NCBI GenBank assembly: GCA_020891255.1
Contig: BQFW01000008.1
Coordinates: forward strand, 248,001 to 312,000
Direction: 5' to 3'
Origin: Entomortierella parvispora E1425
Taxonomy: Eukaryota > Fungi > Mortierellomycota
Length of the DNA stretch: 64,000 bases
Positions 53,519-64,000 of this stretch are shown here, piece after piece. Every line of letters begins with the position of its first letter. Positions within the stretch are counted from its first letter, which is position 1. The translations under genes and the position numbers were made by a program. The notes under the pieces were generated by a model. It worked only from the letters and a program-made list of their open reading frames with translations, had not been told where the DNA came from and did no database searches.

Positions 53519-53856
53519 GGCGACGTAGGACGTAGCCGACATGTTGAAGTTCTATAAAGAGTTTGGTCTGACAGGGCAAGCAGCAGAGTGCTGTGGCCCA
53601 CATGCTTTATCAATCGTCATGATGTCTTATGAATTCATCCCCGCCCCACACAAAAAAGGAGAGAAAGGTCCTTGACAACCAAACGTATATGAGTGTCATG
53701 TGATAGCCAAGCCACCCGAGTCCGTCTGCGATTCTCCGCTTGCCCGTGGGCAAAGGTGGGAGAAGTAAAGTCTCTAAATTTTTTTTTCTTCTGTTTGTTC
53801 GTTTCGTTCGTCACAACCAACCCACCACTCCTTCCCTCTCCTAACTTATAGTCGCA

Positions 53857-55489
53857 ATGGCCACCAACAGCATCAAGATCTTTGCCGGAAACTCGCACGT
53901 CGAGCTGGCCAAGCTCGTCGCTCGGTAAGAGAGCTGTCTTCTCTTCCTTCATTTTCACCCGATTTCAATGATTCGCGTGCTGGGACAGATCGGGCTATTC
54001 CGAGACATTGAAATCAGTCCAGGAAAAAACAGACTTCAATGCTGCTCAAATGCAACCGCCAGTCAACTCGGAATCAACAGGATCCCTCTCTACCTGGTCT
54101 TGACGGTGGAAAGAAAATGGTTCCGAGGGGTGCCAAAAGGTGGATCACCCTCATTCGCTCTCTTTTCCTCGCAACAGCAACAGAGTTGAGCACCAGCACA
54201 AACATCAAACATCTCATCACAGGCTGTAGATATTCATTCCCTCCAGCGCGCCGCATGCACGCAGAGGGTCGCTGCTCAAGAACACAGACAACAACAAGCA
54301 GACAGACCCGCCTTCGGCGTGGACTAATCGGGAGAATGGAAAGAAGGGGGGTGCAAGCTAATATGTATCACTTTTGACTCACCATGGACACTGTTGATTT
54401 TCAATAGTCGCCTCGGAACCGAGCTGTCCAAGGTGGTCGTCCTCAAGTACTCGAACCAGGAGACTTCCGTCACCATCGGAGAGTCTGTTCGTGATGAGGA
54501 CGTGTACATTATTCAGTCTGGATGCGGCGAGATCAACGACAACCTCATGGAGCTGTTGATCATGATCAACGCCTGCAAGACTGCCTCGGCCCGTCGTATC
54601 ACCGCTATCATCCCTTGCTTCCCCTATGCCCGCCAGGACAAGAAGGACAAGTCGCGTGCCCCCATCACCGCAAAGTTGATTGCCAACATGTTGACTGTTG
54701 CCGGTGCCAACCACGTCATTACCATGGATCTTCATGCCTCCCAGATCCAGGGATTCTTCAACGTCCCCGTCGATAACCTCTACGCCGAGCCCAGCACATT
54801 GAAGTACATTGTCGAGAACATCCCCGACTACAAGAACGGTGTCATTGTTTCGCCCGATGCCGGTGGAGCCAAGAGGTAAGAACCAATGATGCATTGTATT
54901 TCATGGATCAACAAATGAGGGACTGTGCCACCGCAGCACAATCGACTTTGAGGAAGACAAACAGTCGATTCATGGAAATCATAGGATAAAGCATCCAATG
55001 ATGGATCGTCCGAGAGACCACGTTCTACTCCAGAATCTGACTGACCTGAACTCTTCGTTATCTAGAGCTACCTCGATTGCTGACCGCTTGGACTTGGATT
55101 TCGCCTTGATTCACAAGGAGCGCAAAAAGGCCAACGAGGTCTCCAGAATGGTGTTGGTCGGAGAGGTCAAGGGAAAGATTGCCATCTTGGTCGACGACAT
55201 GGCCGATACCTGCGGTACCCTCGGACTTGCTGCCAAGACCTTGGCCGAGAACGGAGCCGTCAAGGTCTATGCTATCGTCACACACGGTATTCTTTGCGGA
55301 AAGGCCGTCCAGGTGATCAACGACAGCATGTTGACCAAGGTCGTTGTCACCAACACTGTTCCCCATGAGGACAAGAAGAAGATCTGCCCCAAGTTGGACA
55401 CGATCGATATCTCTGGCACGCTCGCTGAGGCCATCCGCCGCACACACAACGGAGAGTCTGTCAGTTTCTTGTTCAACCACGCTGTTTAA
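53857..55489 (+). CDS. PRS: Ribose-phosphate pyrophosphokinase (class I PRPP synthetase), 3 exons
   Basis: [18 protein letters not shown]; [18 protein letters not shown]; [22 protein letters not shown]; [12 protein letters not shown]; [10 protein letters not shown]; [11 protein letters not shown]. Confidence 0.98.
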
Positions 55490-56389
55490 AACCAGAGGTT
55501 TATTTTATCTCTCTTTTTATCCTTTACACCCCACTCATACAACAACTAGCAACTACAACTACCATCTCATTCATCATGCATCATCATCGCCTATGGCGAT
55601 CCGATCGCTTCACATATTTCATTTGAACACAAAACAAAAAGACAATAAACATAAAAAAATGTGCCTATCAGTCCAGGAGTGAGGATGCGAGATGAAAGAT
55701 ATGTGGAGGGTGGAGAAAGTTCTCTGCGATGGATAGAAGGAATCGAAGAAAAGAAAAAAAAAAGAGAGAGAAAATGAAGGAAAGAAGGAAGGAAGGAAGG
55801 AACTGGAGAGACGCGACATGGAGACCATCCTTCTCTGACTGGCGGCTCCACAGATATTTTTAACCTTGTGCAAGTCCACTTTTTTTTTTTTTTTGCATCC
55901 ACTCATCTATTCACTCAATCTCTTCATCCAGGAGCAGACATCTGTTCTTGGTCCGTGTTCTCATCTTTGCCCCTTTATTTCTCGTGCTTTGTGTCCAGAC
56001 GACACCCCCCTCTCTTTTTCAATCTGGAGTCGAGCCAATTCAACACGAGTGCCGCCGAGGACAAGGCATTGTCTCTGGAAACGTCGTCCTCGTCCCTTCA
56101 TCTCCACCATCTTCGCATTTCCTCTGTTTCGTTGAATCAGGACCCAGACCTCGCCTTCTCCAGCTCAACTGATCTCCTCCAAGAGTCTGCCGCATCCATC
56201 CTCCGACAGAGACGTAGCGCCCAGGCTCAAGAATCTGACAAAGAGATACCGCCGACAACCTCGTTGACGACAGCGATAGCTACAAGTCTGTTTGAAAAAG
56301 AGACCGACCTTGTAACTGAATCCTTATCGCCAGGGTCATCCGAACTACAGCAAGAAGAGAAACAAGAAGCACAGCCACAGGATCCAGAG

Positions 56390-58853
56390 ATGTTTAAGCA
56401 GAGATCAGAGTCCAGCGGATTGCCGCATCATTTCAAACCAAGCGTTGGATCCTCCTCGTCCTCATTAACCGATGCGGACGACAAATACGGCAAGATTCCA
56501 AGGACTGGTCACCCTTCAAAGGTATATACCGAGCAACAGGGACAAAGATTTAGATTCGATCAAAAAAGTGGAGGAGGGCTCCCATTTTGACCTTGGACCA
56601 TAAATTTCCCACAGAGGTATTGATTTTTTTTTTCTAACTCAACGTAGACCTCGATGCGTTTCCGTCTTAAACATGGAGTCATGGCATTGGCAGTAATCGG
56701 ATTGACCTACTGGAGTCTACAACCACGTAGATCACCATCCGTTCACCTGGTACCAACAGGAGGTAAAGACAGTATACTACCCGTTTGTCATGTTATTTTT
56801 TTCAATCTTTCTTACCAAAAAAGTATCCTTCATGTTGTTTGTAGATTCCAACAGGTCCTTGCCCAACGGAGCCATCTGGGAAGAGCGCAAAGACAAAGTC
56901 AAGGCTGCATTCCAGGATTCATGGAGTGCCTACCGTCGAGATGCATGGGGCAAAGATGAATACCATCCAGTCTCCATGCAAGGATCCAACATGATCAAGA
57001 ACGGTCAAGGCTTTACCATTGTCGACTCTCTGGATACGATGTGGATCATGGGGCTTCAAAAAGAATTCAAAGAGGCCCGGGCATGGGTAGATACCGAACT
57101 CTCGTTTGATCAGGAAGGAGAAGTCAACTTGTTTGAGACGACGATCCGAGTCATGGGTGGATTGCTGAGTGCCTATCATTTGAGTCAGGATCGTCTGTTC
57201 TTGAACAAGGCCGTGGATCTGGCGGATCGATTGATGGGTGCTTTTGACACCGCCAGCGGAATTCCATATGCGAGTGTCCATTTGAAGGATGGACGGGGCG
57301 TCCCCGGACACGAACAAGGGATCAGCACCACGTCTGAAGTGTCGACGATTCAATTGGAATTCAAATATTTGAGCTTTTTGACAGGCAACGACAAATACTG
57401 GAAGGCGGCAGAGGAAGTCATCCTGAAGATGAGAGAGTTGCCGAGCTTGGATGGGCTGGTCCCAATCTTCATCAACCCCTACACTGGGGAGTTCCATGGA
57501 GCAGAGATCCGATTGGGGTCCAGAGGTGATAGCTACTACGGTAAGATGACGATCATTGTTTGAGATTGATACTTTCCTGTGCGGCGCAGAGTTTTGACGG
57601 ACTGACTGACACGTCCGTTTCTTTGTGTCTGTATTAGAGTACCTAATCAAACAGTACTTGCAGACGTCCAAACTGGAGCCTGTTTACAAGGAAATGTATG
57701 ACTATGCCATATCAGGAGTCAAGAAGCATCTCATTGGCAGAACATACCCAAACAATCTTCTCTATGTGGGTGAGATCTCGATGCACAACCCTCAGGATCT
57801 CAAGCCCAAGATGGATCATTTGGTTTGTTTCTTGGGCGGGACCATGGCGCTCTCGTCGACTGAAGGACACCCTATCGACAATGCCACATTGACCCGGTCT
57901 CAATTCTCTGAGGTCGAGGAAGAGGATTTCAAGGTTGGAGAGGAACTGACAAAGTCATGCTACGAGATGTACCGACAAACCGAGACGGGATTGGCATCAG
58001 AGATTGTGTACTGGGTCCAGGATGAGGATCAGATCAAGAACCGAAAGGTGCCAGAGTACTTTGATGGCTCGGATTTCATCATCCATAACCGCGATGGTCA
58101 TAACTGGCTTCGACCCGAGACGGTGGAAAGTTTGTTTTACCTCTGGCAATTGACCCGGGATGAAAAATATCGGTAAGAACTGGGATCTCTGTCAAAATGT
58201 TCTCAAATGTTGAGGATAAAGAAAAAAGTGGCCCATTGACTTTTTTTTATATTTATTTCACTCGAAACCGTTGTAATAGGGAATGGGGCTGGAAGATCTT
58301 TGAGGCCATTGAAAAGTACAGCAAGGTCGAGACAGGCGGATACAGTTCAATCCACGATATTCGTCAAAAGTCAAACATTCAGTTTTCGGACAAAATGGAG
58401 ACGTTCTATTTGGCCGAGACTCTCAAATACCTCTATTTGCTCTTTGCTCCTGTCGACACTGTGCCCTTGGACAAGTTTGTATTCAACACTGAGGCACATC
58501 CTCTGCCGATATTTGTCCCTCCACGGTCCATGATTGCGAGATCCAAGGCCTCCACGGCGACAGCCGATGCAGAAAAATCGGTGCCTGATCTTCCCAACGC
58601 TGTGCCTGAGGCCGCCGTTGCAGAAGGTGTGGCAGCCATGGGATCTGAAGATTTGTTCAAAGAGCCGGAGGCGGCGACACCCGAGACAGAAGAAGCGGTA
58701 GAGACAGAGATGGATCCAGCTGCGGTGGCAGAAGAAGAAACTGTAGAGTTTCCAGTGGATGATATTGCGGTGCCAGAGTCCGACATTGTGCCCGAGGTCG
58801 AGGTCGACTATGATGATGAATCCATCGAGGCTTCTGCAGAAGAGCTAGACTAG
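56390..58853 (+). CDS. MNS1: ER alpha-1,2-mannosidase, glycoside hydrolase family 47, 5 exons
   Basis: Type II anchor LKHGVMALAVIGLTYWSL; AWGKDEYHPVS; VNLFETTIRVMGGLLSAY; LGSRGDSYY|EYLIKQ; MDHLVCFLGG; LRPETVES; DKMETFYLAETLKYLYLLF; FNTEAHPLP. The start is uncertain because the frame is open upstream without an ATG. Confidence 0.95.
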
Positions 58854-59039
58854 GAGACCAAAAGTGGAATGGAAGAATAACACATACCCCCTCATGCAAA
58901 CGCCCATCTTCTTTCTGAACCTGTGTATAATTTTAGATGTATTTCAAAAACGAAGAAAGAAAGGATATCGGGGGAATTACGAAAAGACGAGCAGAGAGAG
59001 TGGGAAAAAGACAATGGTTTTGTATCTCTTTCATGATCT

Positions 59040-61173
59040 TTACTCTTCATCACTGTCCAGAGCCGTTCTTCTCTTCTTGGGACGTCTTTGGACAGCCATC
59101 TCTTCCTCGTCCTCCTCTTCCTCTTCCTCCTCTTCCTGGACCTCGTCGTCAGAGACATGCCTGTTCTTGCTAGGGCGGTCATCGTGGCGACGGTTGTTCC
59201 GTGGGCTACGGCTCCTGCTCCTGCTTGGGCTCCGGCTAGGACTGCGGCTATAGCTACGACCACGACCTCCTGAACGACGGGCCACAGGGCTGCGGCTACG
59301 GCTGGGACTCCTGCTTCTGCTAACACTGCGACGAGAACGACGGCGATCATCACGGTCACGGCTGCGGCTGCGGCTACGGTCCCGATGACGTTTGCGATCA
59401 CGAGCACGGTCATAGTCTTCCTCTTCTTCCTCCATGTCTTCATCGCTCGAGTATCTGTTCCTGGACTTGTAGTTGTCAGATCCCGACTTTTTGATAGACT
59501 GTGAAAAAAAAAAAAAAAAAGAGGGAGAACAGATTAGATCAAAATGAATCTTTTTGGATCGACCCCCCATGAACAAGAAAAAAAAAAAAAAAAATCTTAC
59601 CATAATCTTTTCCCGTCTTCTCTCCTCTTCAGCTTCAAAGTCTTCGTCATCCTCCTCGTCTTCTCCTTCGCTCTCCTCCAATCCGCCGACAGTCAATCCG
59701 TTGGCACGAGCATGACGCGTTCTCTGAGCAGCGACCTGTCTACGACTACGGACCTGCTCCAACTCACGCTGTTCGATCTTTTCCTTTTCTGCCCTGGGAT
59801 CCTGCAAGGTGTGCATCAACTTTGTCTTGATGTTCTTGACATGTTTACCAGCAATAGCAGCCGTCAACTTGCGATGAGTCAAAGACTGGGTCGATTGAGG
59901 CTGGAATGTCAACGTGTCCGTGAAAGCCTGCTGAGTTTGCAACATCAGTTCGGAAGGATGGTGCACCACCAAGAACTGATGTTGGTTCTGGAGAGTTTGA
60001 GCATTGACCTGGAACATTTCCTCGCCCAATACCAACGACAGTGATCCATCGGACCAACGGACAAAACGCGCGTTGGATTCCTTTTCACGTTCAGCAGCTG
60101 GGATACTGGGATCGTTCTGTTGTCCATCCTTGAAACGCCAACGAATCGTGTTCTCAACCTTGAGCTTGATCCTCTGCATGTTGTCGACTTCATCCCCATT
60201 CTTTTCTGTATCGTCGTCATAAGTCTCGGGATCAAACGGTTTGGTGTCCACGTTCAAAAAGTTGGGAAGACGAGAAAGGTAGATCTAAGGGAAAAAAAAG
60301 TGGGTTGGAAATTCAATGTTAATTATTTTGTATGATACAGATACCCTGCATACATTTTCTTGAGCAGCCCAGTTTCCCTCGAGACTTTCTAGCGCTTTTA
60401 TGTTTTTTACCTTGTCATCCGTACTGTAAGGGAGTCCAATGTCGGGCAACTGAACGGCGGCACGGTTCTCGATTCTAGCCTTTGGCTGGGAAGCGCCATA
60501 TTCAGCATCCATGTCACGATCATCGCCCGATCCATCATCACGGCGCTCGCGTTGCTTCTTCTTTCCTTCTCTTCTCCTGGCCTTTGTGTCCGAGTCATCC
60601 GAGATAAAGTCATCTGGAGAAGGCGATCTGATTTTGCAGGAAATAAATAACAATTCTGTGAGTTGGATTATCCAAGGAAAAAAAATAAAAAAAACAACCG
60701 AGATCTCTGTCCTGTCCTCGGGATTTCTCTTCTTTTTTTTACCTCCTGTGAGAGGACCGTTCGTGGCGACTGCTCTGCTGTGGCTCGCTCTCACTCTCGC
60801 TGTCATCGTCTCCGAAGAGATCGCCCATGCTATGACCCTGTCCTTTGCTGTCGTTGTTATCTTGTGTCTGGTCCTCATCCTCGTCCTCATCCTCATCCTC
60901 GTCGACTCTGCCAGCCTTTCTCTTGGTCTTTGACCGCTGGTCCCGGTCCTCCTGGTCGTCGTCTTCCTCGTCGTCCGAGAAGCGCTTGTTTCGTCTACGG
61001 GGCTGTCTTTCTACAATCGAGTCATTGTCCGAGCCCTGACTGTTGCTTTGGCCAATGGGGGTAGAGGCATCCTCAGCCTCTTGAGGGATAGGGGTTGAAG
61101 CATCCTGATCGTCATCGTCGTCGTCAGAACCAAAGAGGTCCTGCATCGAGTCGATGGGTTCAGAATCGGACAT
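59040..61173 (-). CDS. LEO1: Paf1 complex subunit Leo1, 4 exons
   Basis: MQDLFGSDDD acidic N-terminus; IYLSRLPNFLNVDTKPFDPETY; IKLKVENTIRWR; ESNARFVRWSDGSLSLVLGEEMF; QPQSTQSLTHRKLT. Confidence 0.95.
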
Positions 61174-61813
61174 TGTTTATGGCTGTGTCTAGAGTAAAAG
61201 GTGCTTGAGCGCGTTGATGGGGTTCTCCTGCGGGGGATCCAAGACAAAAAGGAGACTTTGAAAGAAGAAGGGTTGAGTGAGTCCTGGATGAATGCGACGG
61301 GTTCGGTCGGTTGTTGGGATCAAGAAGAGAAGAGAAGACAAGAGAAGAGCAAGGGTGATCACAGATGAAGGAGGGTTGCATTGATCAGCGGGTCAAAAGG
61401 TCAGTCAACTTCAAGGTGACGTGCCTGGTGAATTAAGGGGTGCCGTCACTCTTTTTTTCCTAGAGAGAAAGAGAGCAAGAGCGGGGAGTGTGCCAAAAAA
61501 GACCGCAACACGCGACTGAACCTGACCTTTGTCGCACTCGACTCGCTGCTTTGGTTCTTTCTTTCTCAGAGAAGAGGACTCTTTCACACACTCGCCCTCA
61601 CACCTCCACCGTCCGTTTGTTCCTTCCTTCCTTCCTTCCCCCATTCCTTCGTTTCTTCGTTCCTTCATTCCTTCATTCCTTCGTGGTCTTGTCATTCTCT
61701 CCTTTCTCTTCTCTTCTTCTAGTCCTCATTCCTCTCTCTTCCTCTCTCTTCCTCTCTCTGTCGTCTCTTCTCCTTTCTCTTCCTCTCCTTCTCCTTCTCC
61801 TGTCAGTCCTTCC

Positions 61814-62878
61814 ATGTTCCGTGGCGCGTCGCTCCTTCTCTGTGTTAACTGGGTCGTGGTCGTCATCTGGCTCGTCTCCACCTTTGAAGCAACAGATGCC
61901 ACCGTCGTCGTCCTCGTATGTCCCCCTTTGATTCTCGTCTTTATCTATCGCTCTCTCTCGTCTTTTACTGGCAAATCATTTCACTCTCTCTCTCTCTCTC
62001 TATTCCTCTCTGACCTGAGCCTTACTGCCCGAGCTAACCTCTGCTTTTCGTCCTCTCTTTCTATCCCTCTCTCTCTCCCTCCCTCGCTCTCTCTCCCCCT
62101 GACGGGCGGACGGATCAACCCACACCATCCCGATGCACCCAAACAGGCCACAAATGACTCGTATGTCGACAGAACCGCAGCCTTTGGCCCACGGATCCCA
62201 GAAGAGGGCATCATTCTCAACCTGATAGCAGTCGAGACGTTGGAAGGATCCGACCAATCCGCCTGTCAAAGAGTTTATGGCGCACCCGTAGACTTGGACT
62301 GGGTTGCGTTGGTGGAACGCGGTGGTGATTGCAGCTTTGTGGACAAGGTTCGCAACATGCAAGCCAGTGGTGCAAAGGCCGTTATCGTCGGTGATAATCA
62401 ACGAAGTGGACTCATCACCATGTATGCTGGCGGTAAGTCGTTTTTTTTTTGTGTCCTTTCGATCTGATTTCTTTTTTTTTTTTTTTTTTTTTGTTCTTTG
62501 TTCTTGTCATTCTTTGACTTTCATGCGCTTCTGCTGCGGGAAAAAGAGGAAGAAGTGAGGAGGATGTTGAGCCAATTACTTCATAAGGGGATCACGCTCC
62601 ACCTCCTCACTTTGACTTTTTGTTTGTTTGTGTTTTTTTGGATACCCTTTTGTTTTTTTTTTGTTTGATAAATTGTCTGTGCATCCAAGACCTCTTTATA
62701 TTTTTTCCAGGCGAAATGGAAACCCTGGACTTGGACACAGCAGGGGGAGAAGGGGGAGGAGGACAAGCCCTTTTGTTTTCTGTGTATGCATGCATGCATG
62801 CCGACGGGCAAAAAAAAAAAAACATTCTAACGAAAAGAGATCGGGAGTGCTTTTTCTGGCCCTAACCCTCTTTCTCAT

Positions 62879-62909
<31 letters not shown>

Positions 62910-64000
62910 CATAGAGGATACCTCGGATGTCTTGATCCCTTCAGTTTTTATCGCTCAGCATCATTATCGGGAATTGCGCTATTTCGGAATGGAACTTGGT
63001 CAAAAACTACTCGTCAAGCTGACCCCGGATGACCTGAACTGGTGAGTCAATTGTGATCCATGAAGGAAAGAAAAGAAATGCTTGGACCTCTCAATTTTTT
63101 TTTTTTTTTTTTTTTTTTCGCTCCACTGACGCGTTCAATTCTTGTGACGATTTGGGGTCCACTTTTTTTTTTTTCCAGGCCAGTGTTGGACGTGATCATT
63201 TTCATCATTCTTTCGCCCGCGTTCGTGATCCTGTTCCTGTTCTTGCTCTGGAGGATCCGGATGCGACAACAACTCATTGCAGATCTGGCACCCAAGGAGG
63301 TCGTGAGCAGCTTGCCCATCAAAGTGTTTTTTGTCTCCAAAGTCAAAGAGAACGATCCATTGGAATGTGTCATCTGCCTGGAAGAATACGAGGACGATGA
63401 TGAACTCCGTGTCCTGCCTTGTAGGCATGAATACCATATTGCCTGCATCGACAACTGGCTGACGACCCGAAAAAAGTTTGTAAGTTTCTCCGCATCTGGA
63501 AACGATCTATATACCTGGGGTTCCTTTTTTTTATTTCTTCAATGGGTCTAATACCATCCTCTCTTCCATGAATCGCTTCTTTGATGACTGTAGTGCCCCA
63601 TTTGCAAGCGGGACATTAGCATGCCCACAGAGACAACACGACTGCTGAACCGTCCCAGCCGTCCGATCCGCTCTGGAGGAAGCTATGTTAGACCATCCCC
63701 TGTCAACTCTTCGTCATCCTTGGCGGCGACCGCACCCAGTTCTTCAAGGCACCCCATGCGGTCAGTTTCGGGATCAGGATCACGATCAAGGACTGGAGCA
63801 GGAACTGGAGCAGGAGCAGGGCCCTCCAATTCGGCAGGCTCAAGTTCTGGATCTAGGTCTGGATCAAGCTACAATCCCACACCAGAGTCAGTGCTAACTC
63901 TGTCCTCCTCCCCCACTCCTGAAGAGACGGCTACGGTGACTTCATCTTCTCCTGTCTCCTCAACCAAGCCAGCATCAGATTGCCTTCATCGTCCTCCACT
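61814..64000 (+). CDS. PA-domain, single-TM, RING-H2 E3 ubiquitin ligase (RNF13/RNF167-like); 3' end runs off the window
   Basis: Signal peptide [21 protein letters not shown]; |[17 protein letters not shown]; [32 protein letters not shown] (PA domain); [26 protein letters not shown]; [32 protein letters not shown]...|CPICK. Confidence 0.93.

Overview
This is gene-dense, intron-rich fungal nuclear DNA. The canonical GT-AG introns, long poly-T/poly-A tracts, many microsatellites and Ser-rich protein expansions suggest an early-diverging fungus such as Mortierellaceae (inference from style only). I reconstructed 21 spliced protein-coding genes by hand, two of them cut by the window ends: INO80F/Nhp10-like (partial), EI24/Lds-family membrane protein, ETF-alpha, GPI2/PIG-C, CSN8, dolichol kinase, CWF19L1/Drn1, a coiled-coil tail-anchored protein, mitoribosomal mS45, BST1/PGAP1, DBP7, a DUF3712 protein, a PAQR/IZH protein, an orphan membrane-anchored protein, a divergent DH/RhoGEF-like protein, DUF1295, a Stc1-like zinc-finger protein, PRPP synthetase, GH47 mannosidase, LEO1 and a PA-TM-RING E3 ligase (partial). 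The provided ORF track misses or fragments most of them because of introns. I found no rRNA, tRNA or CRISPR array. Three items stand out. (1) A 3-exon Stc1-like gene, whose fission-yeast counterpart bridges RNAi and H3K9 methylation. (2) A candidate KASH/LINC protein with an EF-hand-like N-terminus, coiled coil, single TM and a tail ending YVPT. (3) A decayed, apparently gag-only Ty3/Gypsy relic between two convergent genes. Family assignments come from motif recognition by eye; no database search was run.
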